Positions 38,625-49,232 of a stretch of 64,000 bases of DNA are shown here, one piece after another. Below the pieces are notes generated by a model. The model was not told the DNA's origin. It searched no databases and worked only from the letters and a program-made list of their open reading frames with translations. Each line of letters starts with the position of its first letter. Within the stretch, counting starts at the first letter, position 1. Source of the DNA: Nitrospirota bacterium (GTDB taxonomy: Bacteria > Nitrospirota > UBA9217); contig CAWJQQ010000009.1 of NCBI GenBank assembly GCA_963845065.1, positions 32,001-96,000 on the forward strand. Direction: 5' to 3'. The position numbers and the translations under genes are program-made.

Positions 38625-39947
38625 ATGCGAATGAACAGATATAGGATCTACAATGTCACGGCGGTTCTCATTTTCACTTTGCTGGTTATGTGTCTCGGAA
38701 TTACTTTGGCCGGGTGCAGCAGTGGGGGTGGCGGATCGAATTCACCCGGGCCAGTCGTTTCAACAACCGCGAGTTTTGTAGGGACTCAATCTCCAGGAGA
38801 TTTCTGGACGTGGATAAATGATAAGAGTTCAATGTCCTTTACGGCATCAAATAATACGCAGGATGTGTATTATTCAGGCAGTGTAAGTTCATTAACTGGC
38901 ACTTCATCCGGTTTTTTTAAATTGAATATTACAAGTTCAAACGACGGTAGTATTTCTCTTCCTACCTCTTCACTTGCATACGCATTAACGATTCCCAATA
39001 CTATGGTAATGTCAGCGGTGGCGCCATTTTATACGCTCAACCATAGTGGAGAAACTCAGTTATCTATTCATGGTCCCGTTGTTGTTGCAGCGCAAGGCAG
39101 CTGTCCCTCATCTGGAACTACTACTACTGTAAACTGGATTGTCATGCCTAACGATCACTGGTGCCCCACTGATACGGCTTCTATTGCAACAGGAACCTGT
39201 ACAGCTGCAGATAACGCATATGGGACGGCTGTGATAACTGCAGGGAGTGGAACGACAGATACCATAAGTGTCACGCCCTATCATTTAGACGGATCACCAG
39301 GCAATCCTGTCTCCCTGACAGGGTGTTCGTGTAGTGAGGGCGTTATACAGTGTGCAGACTCGAATAGTAATCCCGTGAGGATTGCATTTACCCCATCAGG
39401 TGTTTTCACTGAGGACACTGCCAGCTATGGCCTCGTAGGGGTAGTGCAGCCAACCGCAAATATAAGAATCAGTGATTTGGCGGCCAGTGGAAATATGTTT
39501 AAAGGTGTGGTTTTTGATTCCTGGGATGACTACTTGGATGGTTGCCATGTAGATAGTGATTGCAGCAATCCACAAAACGTTAGCGCTTCTGGAGTTTCTG
39601 GCGGCACGTGTTTTAGCGGACATTGTGGTGTACCTGAAACACAACCAATATTCGTATCTGCTGACGGGTCTAACTTAAATGCACAAACATATATTGACAT
39701 TGATACTGGAGAAGTCAACACGGCAGTCAGTGCCGTAAATCTTACGGGTGCATCATCAGAACCGTCTCCTGGATTAATAACCACAACACTTTCTAGTCCC
39801 ACGGGACCGGGTTGTAACATTCCGGGAACATTTCCTTTTGTTATGGTTGCAACCCAGATAAACAATAAGTATGTTGCATTCGCCATTACGCATAGTACTT
39901 GTCCAACATTCGATACGTCTCTTAATGTGTTAGTGATTGAACAATAG
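38625..39947 (+). CDS. Cys/Ser/Thr-rich lipoprotein, unknown function
   Basis: Lipobox LAGC, SSGGGGS linker, 12 further Cys. Confidence 0.85.
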   Translation: MRMNRYRIYNVTAVLIFTLLVMCLGITLAGCSSGGGGSNSPGPVVSTTASFVGTQSPGDFWTWINDKSSMSFTASNNTQDVYYSGSVSSLTGTSSGFFKLNITSSNDGSISLPTSSLAYALTIPNTMVMSAVAPFYTLNHSGETQLSIHGPVVVAAQGSCPSSGTTTTVNWIVMPNDHWCPTDTASIATGTCTAADNAYGTAVITAGSGTTDTISVTPYHLDGSPGNPVSLTGCSCSEGVIQCADSNSNPVRIAFTPSGVFTEDTASYGLVGVVQPTANIRISDLAASGNMFKGVVFDSWDDYLDGCHVDSDCSNPQNVSASGVSGGTCFSGHCGVPETQPIFVSADGSNLNAQTYIDIDTGEVNTAVSAVNLTGASSEPSPGLITTTLSSPTGPGCNIPGTFPFVMVATQINNKYVAFAITHSTCPTFDTSLNVLVIEQ

Positions 39948-39951
39948 TTTT

Positions 39952-39990
39952 AATAGCAGTCTGCCTGTAATTTACAGGCAGACTGCTATT
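39952..39990 (+). terminator. Perfect 19-bp inverted repeat after the lipoprotein gene
   Basis: AATAGCAGTCTGCCTGTAA-T-TTACAGGCAGACTGCTATT. Confidence 0.75.
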
Positions 39991-40074
39991 TGTATAAACA
40001 TCATTTCTTATTAAATGGATTCATTAGGAATGTGTCTTGCGAATGAAATGCCGCCTCGTAGTCCGATGCGTAGC

Positions 40075-40220
40075 TCCGCTTCACAGCAATTCTCTGCGAC
40101 GTCCAGAATCGAAGAGCAGACTGAACAGGTAGGGTGGTGAGTTTTCCGACTTGACATCGGCCAGGCCTCCGCGCACCCCAAGCAGGATGGCGAGTACCGG
40201 CTGTAGAATGAACTTATTAA
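40075..40220 (-). pseudogene. Fragment of an uncharacterised membrane protein
   Basis: Minus strand reads KFILQPVLAILLGVRGGLAD...PPYLFSLLF...RRELL with no start context. Confidence 0.4.
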
Positions 40221-40557
40221 AAATTCATGCGGATACCGAAACTCGATTGTAATTTTTTTGTAACTAAATCCGCACTAAGTGCCACAAAAGGGCACAAACT
40301 CCTGTTGGGCTAAGTAAGGATTAGATACCCTTGACACCGCAGAGGGTTTCTCGTAATCAGCCATTGTGAGTCGGAGCGAATCGGTCGAAGAAAAGCTCTC
40401 ATACTTCGCACCTCTATGGAATCTTTAAATTAAAATGTCAATAAATATTTCACCGCCAAATAAATGACAACATCTATATTTTAAATAATCATTAAAAATC
40501 AGCAAATTAATGAATGGTATAATTGTTGCTTCATATCCAAATATAAAGGAGGAACAT

Positions 40558-41202
40558 ATGAAGAAAATATATTTAATCTTTTCAGTTTTTATTTTATCTG
40601 CAATGACAGGATGCTTTGCAGCAGCACCACCCTTTGACATTAATCCTGTAACGCCAAATCTAAATATAGCTTCAACAAACGTGAAGCCAATCAGACTTGC
40701 TGTTGTTATCCAGGATCCCATGGCATATACAGTTTTCTACCAGGGTCAAGGCGGATACAAACGTGACATGACGGCGGAATTCCGCAACAGAGCATTCCCC
40801 CTAGAAAGTAATTTGTCAAAGATAAGCTCTGATACCTTCTCGCAGGCATTCAAGCAGGTTGTAGTTTTGCGCGAGCTTCCTCAGCCCGGGCAGTATGATG
40901 CCATTGTAAATATAAACATTGGCCTCATACTGATGAAAGAATCAGTAATAGTGACCGGCGAGACATCTGATGTGACCGCCGAATGGATCATGACCGTCAT
41001 GGATAACCAGAACAGGGAAATATTGAACAAAAAGGGTGTATCCCCAATACATAACTTCCATTGGAGTGTCATAAACCCACAGAGCACCACGGTTATTGGG
41101 ATGAACGAGACCATGTCGCTTATTTTAAGCGAACTGGCAAAAGAGTGGGGTACGACCCTCTATGCATTGAATCTGCCGAATACAGCCGGAGTCATTCCAT
41201 GA
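40558..41202 (+). CDS. Putative lipoprotein
   Basis: AGGAGG RBS; MKKIYLIFSVFILSAMTGC. Confidence 0.8.
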   Translation: MKKIYLIFSVFILSAMTGCFAAAPPFDINPVTPNLNIASTNVKPIRLAVVIQDPMAYTVFYQGQGGYKRDMTAEFRNRAFPLESNLSKISSDTFSQAFKQVVVLRELPQPGQYDAIVNINIGLILMKESVIVTGETSDVTAEWIMTVMDNQNREILNKKGVSPIHNFHWSVINPQSTTVIGMNETMSLILSELAKEWGTTLYALNLPNTAGVIP

Positions 41203-42620
41203 TCCGGCGTCTCTCCCTGGCATTCTCGTTATTGATGTTTCTATACGGATGTTTTGCCACGATCGCCGCTCCCACAGTCATCCCCGTGTCGGACCTAGTG
41301 CCTGCGGATAAAGGCGGGGTTCTTTCGCAAAATAGGCTATATTCTGTCGTAATTGAAAGGTTCCGTGACGAACGCTCCAGCAGAAGCATCCTCGGCCAAT
41401 ATGATTTGCAAGGGAAGGGAGGTTTTCTTGGCACGGTAACAATCGTTCCTGACCGTGACGTTACGGAAGTTTTCGAGAACATCGTGAAAAAATCCCTCAC
41501 ACGGCGCGGAATAATCGAGGCTCAATCGCCGCTAATTCTTCGGGGAACAATTAAAAAGGTCAATGTTGGTTCAACACCGGATTCCCAGACGTTAAGAGCG
41601 GAGACATTTATCGAACTTACGGTTATTAATTCCATTACAGGTGCAATGATTTGGCAGAAAAATTTTATAGGAACTGCTACGGGCGCCGAACCGAAAACGA
41701 CCCTTGCCTTATCATTTGATGATCTCGCGGGAGCCCTTGACCGTGACGAAACTCTTACTTCTCTCCGTCAAACATTTATTGCGGCTGGCGGAAAACTTCC
41801 CGAACTTACTTCTTCAGGGACACAATATGAAGAACCGCAGAAATTCATCAATTCCGATGTTGATGATGTCCCAATTTCAGGGAAAATAACAAACAGTAAG
41901 TCATATGCCATCGTTATCGGTATTGAGCAGTATCGCCAGAAATTGCCGCAGGCTACTTTCGCAGCACGCGATGCGCAAACAGTAACAAACTATCTAACCC
42001 GGACAATGGGTTACCCCGAGGAGAATATTGTCACATTGATCAACGAGCATGCCGCTAAAAGCGACCTAGAGAAGTACATTGAAAAGTGGCTTCCAAGCAA
42101 TGCTACACCGGATTCAACGATCTTTGTCTATTATTCAGGTCATGGAGCGCCAAATCCTTCTTCAGGAGACTCCTATCTTGTCCCCTATGACGGCGACCCC
42201 TCCTTCATTAACGAGACAGGCTATTCTCTTCAACGTCTTTACGCTATGCTTGGGAAAATCCGGTCCAAAAAGATCATCGTCGCGCTCGATTCCTGCTTCT
42301 CAGGAGCGGGCGGCCGTTCTGTTATTGCCCATGGCACGCGTCCTCTTGTCATGAATATGAAAGATGTTATAATCCCTAGGGGGATAACCGTTCTCTCTGC
42401 ATCTTCCAGAGAGCAGATCAGCCAGTCCTACGATGATAATGGGCATGGGCTATTTACCTATTTTCTTCTGAAGGGTATCAAGACAAAGAACGTCGTGCAT
42501 GATGATGGTTCACTCGACACCACGGCCCTTTTTGAATACGTGAAACCTCAGGTTCAGAGCATAGCAAGAAACAAATACCATAACGAACAGACACCGCAGC
42601 TTATCGGGGAAAGCCAGTGA
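41199..42620 (+). CDS. Lipoprotein with C-terminal caspase (peptidase C14) domain
   Basis: LYGC lipobox; AIVIGIE, YSGHG, DSCFSG, HGLFT, QTPQ; ATGA overlap with upstream gene. Confidence 0.88.
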   Translation: MIRRLSLAFSLLMFLYGCFATIAAPTVIPVSDLVPADKGGVLSQNRLYSVVIERFRDERSSRSILGQYDLQGKGGFLGTVTIVPDRDVTEVFENIVKKSLTRRGIIEAQSPLILRGTIKKVNVGSTPDSQTLRAETFIELTVINSITGAMIWQKNFIGTATGAEPKTTLALSFDDLAGALDRDETLTSLRQTFIAAGGKLPELTSSGTQYEEPQKFINSDVDDVPISGKITNSKSYAIVIGIEQYRQKLPQATFAARDAQTVTNYLTRTMGYPEENIVTLINEHAAKSDLEKYIEKWLPSNATPDSTIFVYYSGHGAPNPSSGDSYLVPYDGDPSFINETGYSLQRLYAMLGKIRSKKIIVALDSCFSGAGGRSVIAHGTRPLVMNMKDVIIPRGITVLSASSREQISQSYDDNGHGLFTYFLLKGIKTKNVVHDDGSLDTTALFEYVKPQVQSIARNKYHNEQTPQLIGESQ

Positions 42621-43438
42621 AGAAGGTCTTCCTTTTAATATTTCTACTGTGCTTCTTTCCGGTAAGGTCTTTTTCACAGCCGCCAATTTGGATCGAGGCT
42701 ACAGGCGAGGCGCAGCTTGGCGAGTTGGACACTCAGAAAGAAGTAAAGGAGCTCGCAAAACGCGAAGCTCAACACAATGCAGTTGAACAGGCATGCGGAA
42801 CATTTATAAAGTCCCATACCCTGATTTCAAATTTTCAAATTGCCGACGATCTTATTTACGCGGCCGTTCGCGGAAAAGTCGAAAAACAGGAGATTCTCAG
42901 TGAAGGATGGGACGATAAGGACCGGAGCCTTTATCGTGTAAGAATAAAAGCGCTTATTTCGCCCATCTACCCTGAAACAGGAGACGGACTTTCAATAAAA
43001 GCCTCATTATCAAAAACCGTCCTCAATGAGGGAGAAGAAGTAAAAATATACTACCAGTCAAACAGGGATTGCTATGTTTATATATTCTCCGTTGCGGTTG
43101 ATGGCTCGGTAACGCTTCTCTTCCCCAACTCTGTAAATATTGACAACCGTGTTCTTTTGTCCAAAACCTATGAATTCCCCCCTCAGGGGAGCCCACTAAC
43201 ACTTCAGGCTTTCCTTCTTCCTGATTTCAAAGGGAAAACGGCAGAAGAAAAAATCAAGATAATTGCTACTGAAAAAAACGAGGCTCTAATTCCTCTGGGC
43301 TTTCGAGAAGGGATGTTCAAAGTTTATGATGCAAATTCTACAGGCATGATAAACGACCTTGTAAAGAAGCTTAATCAACTTGAACCTTCAGAGTGGACTG
43401 ATGCAACTCTGATATACCAGATTGCCAAGCAGAAATAA
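42617..43438 (+). CDS. Secreted DUF4384-domain protein
   Basis: Signal peptide; YVYIFSV..DGSVTLLFPN, EKIKIIAT. Confidence 0.8.
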   Translation: MKKVFLLIFLLCFFPVRSFSQPPIWIEATGEAQLGELDTQKEVKELAKREAQHNAVEQACGTFIKSHTLISNFQIADDLIYAAVRGKVEKQEILSEGWDDKDRSLYRVRIKALISPIYPETGDGLSIKASLSKTVLNEGEEVKIYYQSNRDCYVYIFSVAVDGSVTLLFPNSVNIDNRVLLSKTYEFPPQGSPLTLQAFLLPDFKGKTAEEKIKIIATEKNEALIPLGFREGMFKVYDANSTGMINDLVKKLNQLEPSEWTDATLIYQIAKQK

Positions 43439-43573
43439 TATGATCTGATGGCGAAACCTTAGAAATATTCGGTTATAGTGGCTTCTATTCTAAACATTAT
43501 ATCTCTCAACAGATGGTTCGATCTTATAGGGTTGCTGCCCTTCGACCACCATCTGCCAGTCTGCCAATAATTC

Positions 43574-43895
43574 ACTCGAGCGTGAAGATTTGTATCATCG
43601 TTTCAGGGATGGGGCGCTATCTGTGCTGGTGGTATCGTCGGTCGCCAATTTTGCCATCGACCTTCCGGATGCGTCGGTTGCCATTCAAGTATCGGGGAAA
43701 TTCGGTTCGCGCCAGGAACAGGCTCAGAGATTAGGCCGAATTCTGCGACCAAAATCGGACTCGCGGTGCGCGCGGTTTTATACTATCGTGACGAGAGACA
43801 CGGAAGAACAGGATTTTGCGCTCAAACGACAACTCTTTCTGACGGAGCAGGGGTATAATTATACAATCCTGAACGAGGATGAGATCGATGCTTAG
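43574..43895 (+). pseudogene. Duplicated 3' end of the XPB helicase gene
   Basis: Protein nearly identical to the last ~100 aa of 57306-58979. Confidence 0.92.
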
Positions 43896-44032
43896 AGCTG
43901 AACCTTCCCCGGCTTTCGGGTGTGAGAACGTTCAGAACCTGATCAACGGTGAAATGGCGGCGCACCAAGGCCCCTCAACGAACCAAGAAGCCTCGTCCGT
44001 GAGGTTGAGGCAGTGCACCGACACAAGTTATT

Positions 44033-44413
44033 TCATCCACCAGCAACGTTTTTCTTGATGTCAGTCATCGGATAATGTTTAACATTCCCCGTTGCAAGCA
44101 TAGTATGCTTTATGAATGCGGTTGCGGCAATGATGCAGTCGTCGAGCTCCAAACCCTGTGATCGTATGGTCCTTTTGTAGGTTCCTGCCTTCTCAGCAAT
44201 ATCCCTCGTCACATCTATGATTGTGAGGCTGTCGAGTAGTTCCGTCGTCTTTGTCCGCTCATGCTCCTTCATCCCTGCATGAATTTCTGCTATCGCTATG
44301 GCCGAACAGCACACATCCGCTTCGTCTAAGACTGACGCTAGATAATCGCGCGTCTTTTCGTGTCCCCTCAGGAAGTTGATCAACACATCAGTATCAAGAA
44401 GTATACTTTTCAT
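44033..44413 (-). CDS. vapC: VapC PIN-domain toxin
   Basis: LLDTDVLI, AEIHAG, DCIIAATA, TGNVKHY. Confidence 0.92.
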   Translation of the reverse strand: MKSILLDTDVLINFLRGHEKTRDYLASVLDEADVCCSAIAIAEIHAGMKEHERTKTTELLDSLTIIDVTRDIAEKAGTYKRTIRSQGLELDDCIIAATAFIKHTMLATGNVKHYPMTDIKKNVAGG

Positions 44414-44670
44414 TTTGCGTGGCGTATCCTCGTACTTGCCCTTATTTTCCTGACAAAGGCTTCGGCACCTTTATTGAGTTCGGGATGGTCCTTACTCTTC
44501 CAAGCACCGAAGCTAGTTTCAAGTGCCTTTGTTAGTTTGATGCGTTTCAATTCTTTCCGAAGCGCCTCGGTCACCACTTTGCTTTGCTGCCGTATGGGAA
44601 CTGTCGTCTTAAGCTCGTTCAGCACGTCTTCAGGTAGAAGAAAATTAGCTTGTTTTGTTATCGTTGTCAT
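44410..44670 (-). CDS. Putative VapB-type antitoxin
   Basis: 86 aa, RHH-like N-terminus, FGAW; overlaps the vapC start. Confidence 0.8.
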   Translation of the reverse strand: MTTITKQANFLLPEDVLNELKTTVPIRQQSKVVTEALRKELKRIKLTKALETSFGAWKSKDHPELNKGAEAFVRKIRASTRIRHAK

Positions 44671-44919
44671 ATCCTGTCCACACTTACAACTATTATATAT
44701 AGTTTATAGTATAGTGTTTATCCTATAATGTCAATACCAAGTGCAGATTGCGAAGATAAATGGACAGTTGTTTCGGAGATACGAGGGCAGGGGCTGAGGT
44801 GCTTATTCCAATTAGGCTCGGACGCCCATTCCGATCGAGTTACTCGCCTTACGGACGGGGTCTTACGGCGCGTAAAATAAATTTGCATCTCTCTCGGCTA
44901 TTTGTTTGCCCCTGAGCTT

Positions 44920-45348
44920 CTATTTACAGGCGAAGGGAGCTTTCCGGTCCTTTGATGCGAATCGCGAATAGTGGGGAGATGTGAAAATGTCCATCAACAT
45001 ATGCCTGCTGACCACACCCACGTATTTGTTGTCCTTTACGACCACAATCACAGAACAACAGCTCTTCAGTAGCAAATTGATGAGCTCGTTCGTTGGTGTT
45101 GCTACATCAGCTATGATCGGAGCCGTCACCATGATCGCTGATGAATTGATCTCCTCCAAGTTTTTCTCTTCCCTGATCACATCCAGTATGGCATTCTCTG
45201 CTACCACACCCAGGATCTCCCGGTTGTCATCCACTACCGGTATTGCAGCAAGACCGGATGAGATGATCTTCATCGCGACTTCCTGCGCTGTTGTGGTGGG
45301 TGCGACGCTGATCTTCTCTCGCATGACATGCCAAGCATTTATCCCCAT
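44920..45348 (-). CDS. CBS-domain protein
   Basis: IPVVD...LGVV, YVGVVSR; two CBS repeats. Confidence 0.88.
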   Translation of the reverse strand: MGINAWHVMREKISVAPTTTAQEVAMKIISSGLAAIPVVDDNREILGVVAENAILDVIREEKNLEEINSSAIMVTAPIIADVATPTNELINLLLKSCCSVIVVVKDNKYVGVVSRHMLMDIFTSPHYSRFASKDRKAPFACK

Positions 45349-45469
45349 TATAGGTTCCTCTCTTTCTTATTTTCGGATATCTTTTTAATATAATGTCGTT
45401 ATCTATTATCCAAATTAAATGATACGATTGCAAACGCCGATCCTTCGATTGAATCTCCTCTTTAGTGAG

Positions 45470-46387
45470 TTATACCTTTCCTCCGGCGGCCTTGGTCAAG
45501 GCCTTGCGGATAGCCTCGGGACTCTTCATGATATGCATGAAACTGTTGTCGCCCATCATTGATAGGTCCGGGAAACTGATGGCAATACGGAACCGTGCAT
45601 AGAGGGCGTAAACTTTGCCACCGGAAACCAGAATCTCGTAAGGCAAGTGCGCAGTAGACCGGATTTCCTTGAAATCGATTTCGTTCATGATGAATCGGTC
45701 GTCCATGTACCTGTCCGCGTCCGTCGCGCCCTTCAAGGCCACGCCGAAAACGGTTTCCTTCCTTTCGGGAATGTCGATCCGGTATACTTTGGTAACGCCA
45801 CCCCTCCCGGCAGCTAGTCCCGCTTCGACAGCAGCCGCTGCTTCTTCGAAACCGCTATATTCCGCCAGTACGCTGGGTTCATCGAAGTATTCCATGCCGA
45901 GCATATAGTGGTAGGCTCGAAGCTTTTTGGCCGTCAGACCCTTTGCGCCGAATTCTTCCTTGTTGCCCAGCGCAACTCCGAGCTTGGCAGCCACACCGGC
46001 AAGGTCGCCCTGCATGCGGTACGCATTTGCCATATAGACGGGGTTGGTGTATGCCACCTGGACTTCGTCTTTGACCTGGGTGACCGATACGCGAACCGCT
46101 GCTCCAAAGCCGCCGTGTTCGGATTTCGCCGCATTGCTCTTCAGCTCGTCATCGGTCGCAACGATGATCGCTGCTTTTGGATAAGGAGTGTACTCTCCGG
46201 CTATCGTGAATCCCTGCGACGTGAGAGCAGACTTTACCTCAACAACTTTTTCCGGTACCGAACCGGGTCCTCGGGATCCAAGAACAAACGGCTTCAAAAG
46301 CGCTTCATCGGCGCCGGCCACTCCAAGGTAGCCCATGAATAAGAACGCTGCCAACAGCCCTGTCATCGTCGGTTTCATATTTTTCAC
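45470..46387 (-). CDS. Exported protein of unknown function
   Basis: Signal peptide; 305-aa coherent ORF. Confidence 0.8.
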   Translation of the reverse strand: MKNMKPTMTGLLAAFLFMGYLGVAGADEALLKPFVLGSRGPGSVPEKVVEVKSALTSQGFTIAGEYTPYPKAAIIVATDDELKSNAAKSEHGGFGAAVRVSVTQVKDEVQVAYTNPVYMANAYRMQGDLAGVAAKLGVALGNKEEFGAKGLTAKKLRAYHYMLGMEYFDEPSVLAEYSGFEEAAAAVEAGLAAGRGGVTKVYRIDIPERKETVFGVALKGATDADRYMDDRFIMNEIDFKEIRSTAHLPYEILVSGGKVYALYARFRIAISFPDLSMMGDNSFMHIMKSPEAIRKALTKAAGGKV

Positions 46388-46639
46388 CTTTCCATAATGG
46401 GTTTATTGCACGTATCGCATTTCGACACGCTAAATACAAAAACGAAGCTTCATCAGCCAAACGAGGCAGGAAGCACCGTATAGGAGAAAAAAGCTGCCAG
46501 GGGTGATGAGTCCCCGGCCCTGGGGAGGAACGCCGTTCGTGAACGGCGCTGGATGATCGTATTGAGAAATGATAGCTGGGCACAATCGGCGTATTGGCCC
46601 GATACTGCTTCACGGTCACACCTTTGCCGTTGACCGGTT

Positions 46640-46966
46640 TCACGTACTGCGCATAGGTGAACGAGGCCGTCAACTCTTGAAACCTTTGTGACCATATAGC
46701 CTGCGCTGTTCATGTAATGATCCTTAATGATTGCAGAAAGAAGAGGGATCATGTTCGCATCAGGAATCGGGTTGTTCGCAAGGTTTGCCCAGATGGCAGC
46801 AATTAATTCCTTGGTAATCAGATAAGCTGCATCGAGCATGGACACGTTCTGGCCCTTCCATTCCTGATCCAAGGTTGTTTCAACCTGGGACCCATCAAGT
46901 CCCTGCTGCGCTAAAAGGATTAGCCGCCGCTCCATTAGCCATTAAAGTCAATCTGAAATTTCTCAT
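46640..46966 (-). pseudogene. Possible decayed gene of unknown function
   Basis: Short protein-like stretch without a convincing start or end. Confidence 0.3.
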
Positions 46967-47034
46967 GGCGTTGTCCCAGCTACCAATCGGTCACTATAGC
47001 CTGGCTTCCCGCTTACGTAACGATCATGGTTCGA

Positions 47035-48306
47035 TCAGTACTTCCATGAGTAACTTGCCGCTATCTGCCACTGATCCATCTTCAGCTGGATGGTCTGCTG
47101 GCCAGGAACCTCTAATGGATTTGCGCCGTTGACGCTGGTCGGGAAAGCACGGGTGAGCGCAAAATTCAGATCCTGACTGCTGTTCACCGCTGTTGTGAAA
47201 CCAACGCTGGCCTGCTGTGTTATGACGCCGGGGGCCAATATATTAAAAAGCACTTCACTATCCGGTATGGGCTGCGTCCCTAGAGAGTAACCTGCCCGCC
47301 AGGTCCACTGGTCGCTGCTCTTCCACTGTACCCCTAACTTGTAGATCGTCATATCTTGCCAGCCGAAGCCGGGCCCATTACTATCACCCAGTTGACTGGT
47401 TTGTAGGTTAGGTAGCATCGGATTATTGATGGATTTGATTTCACTATAGTTGATGCGCTGAACATCAAATAAAATGGCTAGTGCAGGAGTGGCTTTATAT
47501 GCCAGACCGATGGTCCAATTCGAAGGGATATCGAAAGCACCCCCCTCGGCAAACAAGCCCGAGTACTTATTAAATTTACTCATGTATATCCTGCTCTGGT
47601 ACGAAACGCCCACATTCAGGCGCGGCACTATTTCGCCCTGGTATCCGATCTTTACACCATAGCCGTAGGAATTATCGTAGCCAGTATTGGTGAGGCTGGT
47701 AGGATCGTTGGAAAACCCACCGAATGCCTGAAGTCCTTTTGTTTGAAATTGCTGATACGCCAGGATCGGGGTAATACCTATCGCTTGCTGAGGAACCAGT
47801 TTTATTGCGTACGTGGGGGCGACAAATAACTGCTGGAGATTTACGCCTGTCGGCGAAGTACCACCGAACGTATCTGTCGGGTAATTTGTGTTCATCCCGC
47901 CGTTTCCGAATATCGACACGCCAACTGAACTATAGGAATTCAACACCCAGTTTGCACCCAATGATGGAATTATGAACCAATTAGTGTTGCTTTTGACCGT
48001 TCCCGGCGCCAAACCGAAGGTACCGGGAAAGCCGGAAGGATTACCAGTCACGCTATACTGCCTGTTCGGATTGAAGAAGGATAAGCCAAAATCATAGCGA
48101 TGACCGATGAATGCCATATTAGCTGGATTGACGGCCGCGTCAAGGGTATCCTGCGGCAAAGCAACGCCAGCACCGGCTAACGCCTGATCAATCACACCAT
48201 AGCTGTTGGAAAAGTAGCCGTTTGTTGCCGAAGCCGCTGTTGACATCAGTACAGCCGCGAACCCAAAAACGAACGCACACAACACATTACCAATACTTTT
48301 TTTCAT
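47035..48306 (-). CDS. OmpP1/FadL-family outer-membrane transporter
   Basis: Signal, ATNGY, AGAGVA, NPA, GNGGMNT; C-terminal aromatic residue. Confidence 0.9.
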   Translation of the reverse strand: MKKSIGNVLCAFVFGFAAVLMSTAASATNGYFSNSYGVIDQALAGAGVALPQDTLDAAVNPANMAFIGHRYDFGLSFFNPNRQYSVTGNPSGFPGTFGLAPGTVKSNTNWFIIPSLGANWVLNSYSSVGVSIFGNGGMNTNYPTDTFGGTSPTGVNLQQLFVAPTYAIKLVPQQAIGITPILAYQQFQTKGLQAFGGFSNDPTSLTNTGYDNSYGYGVKIGYQGEIVPRLNVGVSYQSRIYMSKFNKYSGLFAEGGAFDIPSNWTIGLAYKATPALAILFDVQRINYSEIKSINNPMLPNLQTSQLGDSNGPGFGWQDMTIYKLGVQWKSSDQWTWRAGYSLGTQPIPDSEVLFNILAPGVITQQASVGFTTAVNSSQDLNFALTRAFPTSVNGANPLEVPGQQTIQLKMDQWQIAASYSWKY

Positions 48307-48626
48307 AACGTTCTCCTTTTGAATACTCAGAAATAATAATTTCATAGTGACGTTCGTGCGGAACAGCAAACGTAGAGCAGACCAGGGTTACAACTACTCT
48401 CCGTGCACCTGTTTTGCACATTTGAACAGGCGTTCTAGTATGGCCCTTATGAGCTGCGGTCCCTCGGTCCTCCTGACGTCCGGAATATCGCTTGTGTATG
48501 TGCACAGCTCTTTACTATTATAAGTATGTTCTTCTGACTTTCGGCATATCCTTTGCCTTTTTGCCGCTATGTTTCAGCCACGCTTTCTCCTTGGCGTGCC
48601 AAAAAAAGCTTAGTCACCATTTAAGG

Positions 48627-49232
48627 TTATAAAGACGGACGCAGCAACTTTTTGGTCGATGTTGACTTCATCCTATTTTCGTACCACTCCATTGTATAAA
48701 ACATTGAGCCTGCAAGAGCGAACACGATAGCAAGCACTACCCAGTGGTTAATGCCCAGCAAATCAGGAAGCGTTGGCTGTCCCATATCGGATGTTTTATA
48801 GAACCTCTCAATCCACGGGAAGAGCACAGAAAACAACAATGTCCCGCTTCCGATGCCGATCATTGCCACTAACGCATCCAGTCGACCTGAAGCAAGACCC
48901 GCCACCGCAGTTCCGGGGCAGTAACCACTCACGAGGTAGCCAAGACCGAAGAGCGCGCCACCAATCAGTTGGGGCCAGAAGAATGTAGGAATGATCCAGA
49001 CTTTGCTCATATCCAGAACCTTCAGGTCTGACAAAACGCAGAGTCCTGTCGCTGCAACAAGAATTGCGGTAAACATAGCTTTCGGCACGGCAAAGTCGGT
49101 CAAATAGAATATGCCCGTGAGTTTATGGGGGTTTCCCAAACCACCGCGTTCAAGAAAGAAACCAAAGAATACGCCTAGGACTAGGGCCACTATAAGGTTA
49201 ACGCTATCGCTAAAAAGAAAGGGTGCACTCAT
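48627..49232 (-). CDS. YeeE/YedE-family sulfur-compound transporter subunit
   Basis: FGFFLERGG, GGALFGLG, GYCPGT. Confidence 0.9.
   Translation of the reverse strand: MSAPFLFSDSVNLIVALVLGVFFGFFLERGGLGNPHKLTGIFYLTDFAVPKAMFTAILVAATGLCVLSDLKVLDMSKVWIIPTFFWPQLIGGALFGLGYLVSGYCPGTAVAGLASGRLDALVAMIGIGSGTLLFSVLFPWIERFYKTSDMGQPTLPDLLGINHWVVLAIVFALAGSMFYTMEWYENRMKSTSTKKLLRPSL

Larger units (their letters stand above)
43574..44841 (+). repeat. Direct repeat copy 1 (XPB 3' fragment + vapBC)
   Basis: Near-identical to 58658-59518 apart from an internal deletion in copy 2. Confidence 0.95.

Noticed and set aside
40317..40331. AGGATTAGATACCCT, identical to a conserved 16S rRNA stretch
   Set aside because: Only 15 nt; the flanks do not continue as rRNA.
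48585..48604. Possible sigma-54 promoter (TGGCACG) upstream of the FadL gene
   Set aside because: The -12 GC is missing at the required spacing.
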